From: Polyangiaceae bacterium
GTDB lineage: Bacteria; Myxococcota_A; Polyangia; Polyangiales; Polyangiaceae
DNA length: 64,000 nucleotides
Reading direction: 5' to 3'
Assembly (NCBI GenBank): GCA_965222375.1
Contig: CBDCTZ010000016.1
Coordinates: 448,001 to 512,000 of the forward strand
This document shows positions 57,854-64,000 of the stretch, one piece after another; within the stretch, counting starts at the first letter, position 1, and the number at the start of each line of letters is the position of its first letter. A model generated the notes under the pieces. That model worked only from the letters and a program-made list of their open reading frames with translations. It made no database searches and had not been told where the DNA came from. A program made the translations under genes and the position numbers.

Positions 57854-58681
57854 ATGGAAGTTGTGACAGTGAAGGCGTCGCGGCAGATTGCAGTCAGTTA
57901 CGTTCCGACGACTCGGCGCTTCGTGCCGTGGATGGTTGTCGTCATCTTGGTGGTGACGGTCGCGATGGGCGCGGCGTTTGCGACGGGGGCTGGCGCGTTG
58001 CCGCTGCTGGTCGTGCTTTGGGGCACGGTTCTGGTCGTCGTTGCGTATCCGCTGGCGTTCGCTCGGGTGCGCGTGACGGTACGACGGGGTGGTGAAGGGC
58101 TGACCATCGAGGAGGATCGACTGCTCGCGCAGTCGCGGCGTGACGAGATCGAGTTCGTGGAGCGGCCGCGGGTCGAGGTGGACGAGTACAACTCGGCGAC
58201 GCTGGTGATCCTCGGCGGCGAGGAGGAGGCCTTTCTGACGGACACGCCCGCGGAGGAGCGCGAGGGTCTGCGCACGCAGATCGGCGAGATCCTTCCGGAG
58301 TGGCAACCGGCTGAGGAAAACCGGGCAGTGCCGGGTGCAGAGGGAGGGAGGGACGCTGACGTGGACCCGGTGGTGGCGGAGACGCGGGGACTCATTGTCG
58401 CGTTGATTCATGGCGACCACGAGCTGGCGCGGGCTTGTTTAGGCCGCGGAGCTGTCGCGGACGGCCACGCGCAAGCTTGTGGAGTGGGAGCGCCCCTTTT
58501 CGTGGCCAAGCTGCGTGGGGACCGGGAAAGTGAATCGCTCTTGCGCGAGGAGGGTGCGATGCGCGATCAGGTTGACGCGTTCGGACTACGAATGCTCCGT
58601 TTGCTGGCGCAGACGGAGAATCAGGACCCGCTCGCTGAAGCGCTGGAACGCGCGACGGCTCTCGAAGAGGGCGACGATTGA
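57854..58681 (+). CDS. Hypothetical membrane protein (2 TM, possible ankyrin-like C-terminal repeat)
   Basis: Two hydrophobic helices; ALIHGDHELARACLGRGA...APLFVA...LLREEGA. Confidence 0.6.
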   Translation: MEVVTVKASRQIAVSYVPTTRRFVPWMVVVILVVTVAMGAAFATGAGALPLLVVLWGTVLVVVAYPLAFARVRVTVRRGGEGLTIEEDRLLAQSRRDEIEFVERPRVEVDEYNSATLVILGGEEEAFLTDTPAEEREGLRTQIGEILPEWQPAEENRAVPGAEGGRDADVDPVVAETRGLIVALIHGDHELARACLGRGAVADGHAQACGVGAPLFVAKLRGDRESESLLREEGAMRDQVDAFGLRMLRLLAQTENQDPLAEALERATALEEGDD

Positions 58682-58700
58682 GTTCTCACCGACGCTCCGC

Positions 58701-59429
58701 TCACGGAGAGAACGGCGCGAGCCACGCTTCGTTGGTGACCGGCGCCCGCGACTTGTGTGGATGATCCTCACCTGCCCAAGGATTCGACGAGCACCATGTT
58801 TTCAACGACGCCTTGCTCAGGGGCAAGGCTTGTCGGTTGACCTCCCAGTTGACTCGAGCGGGAGAGCAGGTCTTGTCGTCATAGGAGCTCCCGGTTGTCG
58901 AACCGGCGTACTGAACCAGCTGTCCGCTGGGTTGGGTCACCTCACCACCAGTTTCGCCCACCACGTAGCCTTGCGCGAAGACCCGAAGCACCATGTCCTC
59001 CCGATCGCAGACGCAGTTCTCGAGGCCCGGGCGGGCTGGGGTGGGCAGATCGCAGTTCGTATAGACCCAGTGAAACTCGATCTGATCCCCGTTGTTTACC
59101 GACTTGCACACCTCTTCACCCGATGGGGCCTCCGCTTCGCCGGGCAGGCGAAAGCCGGCGTGCTCGAAGGGTTCATGGAAGTGCACGTTGCAGAGATTTG
59201 GCGTCTCGCCTCGTGGAACTGGCAAGGTGTTTGCTCCGCCTGCGACGGTGATGTCGCGGGGAGCCTGCGGGCCGCAGGCCTTGTCCTCAGGGGGCTGCTC
59301 GTCGGCGGATGCGAGCCCTTTGCCAGCGGGACTCGCTTTGGCAGGCGTAGCGGGTGAGCAGCTCAGCGCTGAGACCGCGAAAATGGCGGCAGCTACGCAG
59401 CAAACTCCCGAAGATTTGAATGAGTTCAT
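58701..59429 (-). CDS. Delta-class carbonic anhydrase, lipoprotein
   Basis: Lipobox ALSC; LCNVHFHEPFEH, IEFHWVYTNC, LRVFAQ, YAGSTTG, CSPARVNW, EDHPHKSR. Confidence 0.8.
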   Translation of the reverse strand: MNSFKSSGVCCVAAAIFAVSALSCSPATPAKASPAGKGLASADEQPPEDKACGPQAPRDITVAGGANTLPVPRGETPNLCNVHFHEPFEHAGFRLPGEAEAPSGEEVCKSVNNGDQIEFHWVYTNCDLPTPARPGLENCVCDREDMVLRVFAQGYVVGETGGEVTQPSGQLVQYAGSTTGSSYDDKTCSPARVNWEVNRQALPLSKASLKTWCSSNPWAGEDHPHKSRAPVTNEAWLAPFSP

Positions 59430-59540
59430 GGGCTTATTACTCAAGATATGGTTCAGCCGCGGCGATCGTCAACGGTGAAACGGGTCGCGAGTCGATGAAG
59501 CTCGGTTTACGATGATGCGCAGTCGCGGGTGCGAGTGGGG

Positions 59541-59930
59541 ATGAACATGAAATACGTCAACCGTGAAGCGTGGATGGTGCCTCGGCTTGGTGCGTTGCTC
59601 AGCCTTCCGATGGTGGCTTGCGGAAGTGACGACTCCGGGGGCAGCGGTGGCGCTGCGGGCGCTTCGGGATCGAGTGGCGCATCCGGTTCCGGGGGCTGGC
59701 AGTGGCGGTACATCGGGTAGCGGCGAAACCTCCGGGTCTGCCGGCTCAGCGGGAAACAGTGGCTCCGGCGGCAGCGCCGGTGGCGGGGCTCAGCGGCTGG
59801 CAGTGGTGGCGCCAGCAGCACCGGCGGCACCGGGACGGGCGGGGGCCCGAGCTGTTTTCCCGCCGGCGCGTTTTGCCCCAATGGAGACTTCTGCTGCAGC
59901 AAAGTCTGCGCCGACAACAAGTGCTTCTGA
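59541..59930 (+). pseudogene. Small Gly-rich lipoprotein with a Cys-rich tail, two compensating G-run frameshifts
   Basis: Lipobox MVAC; frames switch at G5 59691-59695 and G4 59785-59788; tail CFPAGAFCPNGDFCCSKVCADNKCF*. Confidence 0.65.
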
Positions 59931-60020
59931 CCCACGGCGGGGCAGAGGGCTGGGCCGGTTGCTCCAATCCTGGTCGGCGCAAGGAACCGCCAACCCATGG
60001 CGCTCAGAAGAATTCGCTGG

Positions 60021-60992
60021 TCAACGTAACTGCGCTTTGACGCCGGCAAACAACGCGCTCAGGTCCAGGTTTCCGCCCGAGAGTACGATGCCCACGCGTC
60101 TGAAGTTGTGGGTGCGGAAGGTGGGTTGGAGCACGGCGGCGAGGCCCACGGCGCCGCTCGGTTCGGTCACGAGCTTCATGCGTTCCATCAGCAGGTGCAT
60201 GGACGCGAGGATTTCGTCGTCGCTGACCGTGAACACCGCCTCGACTCGGTCGCGGACGACGGGCCATGTGAGTTCGCCGATGCTCGCCAACAGGCCGTCC
60301 GCAATGGTGTGGGGTGCGTCGTTGCCGAGGCGGTGGCCCGCGGCTTTGGAGCGGAAGGCGTCGTCGGCGCCGGTGGGCTCAACACCGAAGATGCGAATTG
60401 TTGGCGACAGCTCCGTGGCGGCGACCGCGATACCACTGATCAGGCCGCCACCACTGAGGGGTACAACTAGCGCATCTAGATCCGAAACTTGTTCCAACAG
60501 CTCGAGCGCCACGGTGCCCTGGCCCGACATGACGTCGGGGTGGTCAAAAGGGGGAATGAGGGTCGCACCGGTTTCGGTGACGACCGCCGCTGCCGTGTCT
60601 TCCCGCGCTTGGAGCGTGGGTGCGCAGGGCACGACCCGGCCGCCGTAGCCTTCCACGGCGACTCGTTTCACATCGGGCGCGTTGTTCGGCATCACAATGT
60701 GAGCCGGGATGCCGCGAAGCTTGGCCGCCAGTGCGACGGCTTGTGCGTGGTTTCCGCTCGAATGGGTCGCCACGCCGCCGGATGCCGTGGCGTCGTCCAA
60801 GCGTGAGATGGCGTTCATGGCGCCGCGGAATTTGAAGGCGCCGATGCGCTGGAAGTTCTCGCACTTGAAGAACAGCTCCAGACCGCTGAGCTGGTTCAGA
60901 GTGCGAGAGGTGTGCACCGGCGTTACGTGGGCGACGCCTGCGATGCGCTCACGGGCGCCTTGCACCGAAGCCAAGCTGGCCGCGTAGGTCAT
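60021..60992 (-). CDS. PLP-dependent serine/threonine dehydratase / serine racemase family
   Basis: KCENFQRIGAFKFRGA, HSSGNHAQ, PFDHPDVMSGQGT, SGGGLISG, EPSGAV, LSGGN. Confidence 0.95.
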   Translation of the reverse strand: MTYAASLASVQGARERIAGVAHVTPVHTSRTLNQLSGLELFFKCENFQRIGAFKFRGAMNAISRLDDATASGGVATHSSGNHAQAVALAAKLRGIPAHIVMPNNAPDVKRVAVEGYGGRVVPCAPTLQAREDTAAAVVTETGATLIPPFDHPDVMSGQGTVALELLEQVSDLDALVVPLSGGGLISGIAVAATELSPTIRIFGVEPTGADDAFRSKAAGHRLGNDAPHTIADGLLASIGELTWPVVRDRVEAVFTVSDDEILASMHLLMERMKLVTEPSGAVGLAAVLQPTFRTHNFRRVGIVLSGGNLDLSALFAGVKAQLR

Positions 60993-61008
60993 GGCCGCAC
61001 TGTAGTGC

Positions 61009-61050
61009 CAAAAAAAAGAGGGAGCCACCGAGGGGGGGGGTGGCTCCCTC
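61009..61050 (-). terminator. Rho-independent terminator
   Basis: gagggagccacc...ggtggctccctc stem followed by a U-run on the minus strand. Confidence 0.9.
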
Positions 61051-61083
61051 ACGCGGGGAGGAAACGAGCGGGGTACGAGAGGG

Positions 61084-61665
61084 TCAGCTTGTTGCGGGGG
61101 CGGGAGCAGTGTGCAGGGCTTGCTTGCCCTTCTTGCCGAACTTGCCACGCTTGCCCTTGCGGGCCTTGTTGCGCCGGCGCTGCTCGGTGCCCTTCTTTCC
61201 GGCGCGGGCCTTGCGCATCATGCTCTTGAGCTTGGCCTGCTCCGCGGGCTTCAGAATCGTCTTGAGCTCGGCGGCGCGCTTCTGACGAAGGGCGCGCATC
61301 TTGGCTCGGGTGGCCTTCATCGCGTCTCGGGCCTGTTTGATGGCGGCCTGGTCGGCGCTGCCGCTCTTGCGCAACTTGCGAAGGGCCTTTCGCTGTGGCT
61401 TGGCTGCTTTGCGCAGAGTCTTCTGTGCGGCGCGGTAGCGCTTCTGAATCGCGACGACTTTTTCCGCGCGGGCGTCGTCCACGCCGGCCTTCTTCAGAGC
61501 TGCTCGCAAGCGTGCCTGACGTTTTGCCGGGTTCTTCTTGCCTGCGCGCTTCTTGGCGGTGTGAGCCGCCGGTGTCTTGCCACTTGCGTTACCGGGCGCT
61601 GCGATGGCGGGAAGCGCCAGGAGGGAGGCGGCAACGAGAGCGGCGAGAGTGGTGCGTGCTTTCAT
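61084..61665 (-). CDS. Lys/Arg-rich periplasmic Spy/CpxP-like helical protein, copy A
   Basis: RBS aaggag; signal peptide ending AIA; helical, with ILKPAEQAK (LTPEQ-like). Confidence 0.75.
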   Translation of the reverse strand: MKARTTLAALVAASLLALPAIAAPGNASGKTPAAHTAKKRAGKKNPAKRQARLRAALKKAGVDDARAEKVVAIQKRYRAAQKTLRKAAKPQRKALRKLRKSGSADQAAIKQARDAMKATRAKMRALRQKRAAELKTILKPAEQAKLKSMMRKARAGKKGTEQRRRNKARKGKRGKFGKKGKQALHTAPAPATS

Positions 61666-61690
61666 CTGGGTTTTCTCCTTGTTTCGAAAA

Positions 61691-61729
61691 CTCATGAACA
61701 CAACGCCGTGGCGCGGCTCGCTGTTAACG
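61691..61729 (-). promoter_or_regulatory. Putative ECF-sigma promoter GTTAAC-N17-CGTTGT
   Basis: Both boxes and the spacing are conserved upstream of both paralogs while the spacer diverges. Confidence 0.6.
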
Positions 61730-61813
61730 CCGCAATCAAGAAAACGTGGAAGCACGCGATATTTCCAGGTGGTCGTGGGAGTTGGCCGCCCCGCACTGGC
61801 GCTTTCTTCAAAT

Positions 61814-61850
61814 GAAAAAAGAGGGAGCCACCGGGCGCGGTGGCTCCCTC
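61814..61850 (-). terminator. Rho-independent terminator, same stem as 61009-61050
   Basis: gagggagccacc...ggtggctccctc stem plus U-run. Confidence 0.9.
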
Positions 61851-61880
61851 AGGGCGGGGAGGAGGAGAAGATTGTGAGGA

Positions 61881-62465
61881 TCAGCTTGCGTCGATGGGCG
61901 TGACCGGCGCCGTCATGGCCTGAGCGCCTTTCTTGCCAAACTTACCGAACTTGCCGCGCTTGCCCTTGCGCGCTTTCTTGCCCTTGCGAGCCTTCTTGTT
62001 CGCCTTGGCTTTGTACAATCCGCGCATGACCTTGGCTTGTTCGCTGGGTTTGAGGATCGTGCGCAGGGCGGCGACTCGACTGTCGCCCAGAGCGCGCGCC
62101 TTGGTGCGATTGACGTGCAATTTGTCCAGCGCGACCTTGAATGCCGCTTCATCGGTGCTCTTGCTCTGCAGCAGTTTCCGGATGGCCTGACGATGGGTCT
62201 TGCTGGCTGCGCGTAGCTTCTTCTTCTCGGCGCGATAGTGCTTGTTGATCGCGATGACCCGCTTGGCTCGTGCTTCATCGATGCCGGCTTTCTTCAGCTT
62301 GGCGAGGGCGCGTGCTTCGCGTTGAGCGGGAGTCATCTTGCCTGCGCGTTTCTTCGCGCGCTGCGCGGGGTGGGCTTTGCCGTTTGCGTTGCCGGGAGCT
62401 GCGAGAGCGGGGACAGCGAGGAGAGAGGCGGCGACGATGGCGGCGAGGGTAGTGCGTGCTTTCAT
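61881..62465 (-). CDS. Lys/Arg-rich periplasmic Spy/CpxP-like protein, copy B
   Basis: Paralog of 61084-61665 (MKARTTLAA...ILKPSEQAK...GKRGKFGK). Confidence 0.75.
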   Translation of the reverse strand: MKARTTLAAIVAASLLAVPALAAPGNANGKAHPAQRAKKRAGKMTPAQREARALAKLKKAGIDEARAKRVIAINKHYRAEKKKLRAASKTHRQAIRKLLQSKSTDEAAFKVALDKLHVNRTKARALGDSRVAALRTILKPSEQAKVMRGLYKAKANKKARKGKKARKGKRGKFGKFGKKGAQAMTAPVTPIDAS

Positions 62466-62490
62466 TTGAGTTTGCTCCTTGTTCGAAAAA

Positions 62491-62529
62491 CTCATGAGCA
62501 CAACGCCGTCACCCAGACCGGCGTTAACA
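62491..62529 (-). promoter_or_regulatory. Putative ECF-sigma promoter GTTAAC-N17-CGTTGT
   Basis: Minus strand tgttaacgccggtctgggtgacggcgttgtgctcatgag. Confidence 0.6.
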
Positions 62530-62608
62530 GGGTTTGAGAAATATCCCAAAACACTTAATAATTTCAGCTCTTTACAATGCGAATCGGTCGCGTCGAATTC
62601 GATGGGCT

Positions 62609-63094
62609 ATGGTTTCCGCGGCCATGGGTTCCGAGCAGGCGGAGAAGAAGGCAGAGAAGCTGGCGCGCCTGGATCAGGGCTTGGCGGTCGGTGTGCCCCA
62701 CAACAAGGCTCTAGGCCTCAAGTTCGTGGACTTCGAGGGCGCTACGGCTTGGCTCAAGTTGCCCTATGACGAGCGGCTCGTTGGCAACCCGCATACCGGG
62801 ATCCTCCACGGCGGCGCGATCACATCCATGTTGGACGCAGCGTGCGGGGCCGCTGTGTTCCTGAAACTTCAAGCATTCAGTCCGATTGCCACGCTGGACC
62901 TCAGGATCGACTACCTGAAGTCGGGGCAAGCCGGGCGAGACGTCTTGTGTCGAACCGAATGCTACAAGCTGACACGCCACATCGCGTTCGCCCGCGGCAT
63001 CGCCTATTACGACGACGAATCCGACCCCATTGCTTGTGCAACGGGCACCTTCGCCGTCAAGACCAAGGGCCCACCCATCCCGGGGACGCACTGA
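62609..63094 (+). CDS. PaaI family thioesterase
   Basis: GNPHTGILHGGAITSMLD, ATLDLRIDYL. Confidence 0.92.
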   Translation: MVSAAMGSEQAEKKAEKLARLDQGLAVGVPHNKALGLKFVDFEGATAWLKLPYDERLVGNPHTGILHGGAITSMLDAACGAAVFLKLQAFSPIATLDLRIDYLKSGQAGRDVLCRTECYKLTRHIAFARGIAYYDDESDPIACATGTFAVKTKGPPIPGTH

Positions 63095-63096
63095 CC

Positions 63097-63588
63097 ATGT
63101 CGACCCCCTTGCTAGAGCTGGTAGAGCAAGCGCAGACGAGCGGCGACTTCTCCTCGTTCATCGAAGCTGTCCCGTACTGGCGCTTCATGGGTCTTTCCGC
63201 TCGGTTGAAAGACGGCGAACTCCAGGGGGTGCTCAGCTACTCCGACAAGCTGATCGGCAATCCAGTCCTTCCTGCGCTTCACGGCGGCACGATCGGGGCT
63301 TTGTTGGAGACCACCGCCGTCTTGGAGCTGTTCAATCAAGCTGAAACAGTCGTGATTCCCAAGACCATCAACCTGACCGTGGCCTACCTGCGCTCCGGAA
63401 GGCCGGTAGACACCTATGCAGCGGCGCGAATTACCAAGCAGGGTCGTCGGGTGATTGCCGTGCAGGTCGAAGCTTGGCAGGACGACCGACAACGACCCAT
63501 CGCTAGCGCGAGCGCTAACTTCTTGATCACGCCCGCTCAATCGGCCTCGGAGCAGCAGGGCGAGATTAGTGCTCCGAAGCCGCGCTGA
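63097..63588 (+). CDS. PaaI family thioesterase (partner subunit)
   Basis: IGNPVLPALHGGTIGALLE, PKTINLTVAYLRSG. Confidence 0.92.
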   Translation: MSTPLLELVEQAQTSGDFSSFIEAVPYWRFMGLSARLKDGELQGVLSYSDKLIGNPVLPALHGGTIGALLETTAVLELFNQAETVVIPKTINLTVAYLRSGRPVDTYAAARITKQGRRVIAVQVEAWQDDRQRPIASASANFLITPAQSASEQQGEISAPKPR

Positions 63589-63729
63589 GCCGCGACCCAA
63601 CCCCTAAAGCAGCCAAAAGTACGCCCTATTTTTTCCGGCGCGTTGCACGCTTTTAGGTTATGAAGGCCGCCTCCGAGTTCCCCATTGCGCGGGGTTGTGA
63701 GGCCCTGGCAGGAGCATCGGTGCTCCCAC

Positions 63730-64000
63730 ATGATCATCGCAATCCCCACAGAGGTTCGTCCGGGTGAGCGCCGAGTCGCCGCAACCCCAGACACCGCGGC
63801 GCGCCTGCAGAAGTTGGGGTTCGAAGTCAGCGTCCAAGCTGGCGCTGGTGAGGGCGCATCGTTTACGGATAGCGCCTACGAAGCGGCAGGCTGCAAGGTC
63901 GTCAGCGACGTGGCCGAGCTCTGGGGGTCGGCGGACATCGTGCTCAAGGTCCAACCGCCCGACGAGCTGCCAGACACGGACGCTTATCGAGGCAGCGGCA
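63730..64000 (+). CDS. pntA: NAD(P) transhydrogenase subunit alpha, N-terminal part
   Basis: MIIAIPTEVRPGERRVAATPD...VQAGAGEGASFTDSAY...DIVLKVQPP. Confidence 0.9.
   Translation, partial: MIIAIPTEVRPGERRVAATPDTAARLQKLGFEVSVQAGAGEGASFTDSAYEAAGCKVVSDVAELWGSADIVLKVQPPDELPDTDAYRGSG

Overview
GC-rich bacterial window whose gene content points to a myxobacterium, probably Polyangiaceae-like. Evidence for this includes many Gly/Cys-rich lipoproteins, eukaryotic-type Ser/Thr kinases, a TPR-PEGA gene, a myxococcal Cys-rich repeat, an AglS-like ExbD and a myxobacterial ferritin-like protein. There are about 57 genes. Recognisable ones include ppk2, queD, tamB, pntA (partial), an ECF sigma/anti-sigma/DsbA operon, a hybrid histidine kinase, TlpA, an ABC1/UbiB kinase, FIST, a serine/threonine dehydratase, two PaaI thioesterases and a delta-class carbonic anhydrase. 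I saw no rRNA, tRNA, CRISPR array or intact transposase. The most unusual items are: (1) 56561-57808, a four-helix-bundle (Avd/IVP-like) gene plus a lipoprotein gene bracketed by inverted arrays of GAG-anchored heptamers, with a branched hairpin upstream that folds best on the minus strand and carries two GCGAAGC mini-hairpins; (2) 38411-49407, a kinase / kinase / membrane protein / TPR-PEGA / three mosaic PGRS-like lipoproteins / pseudokinase locus with identical constant blocks, divergent central blocks and variable-length hexamer repeats in the leaders; (3) a dispersed palindromic intergenic repeat family; (4) a probable catalytically dead caspase-like domain fused to TPRs; (5) small gene remnants not shown in the ORF track, plus several single-base frameshifts that may be sequencing errors. 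All product calls come from motif recognition by eye; no database search was run.
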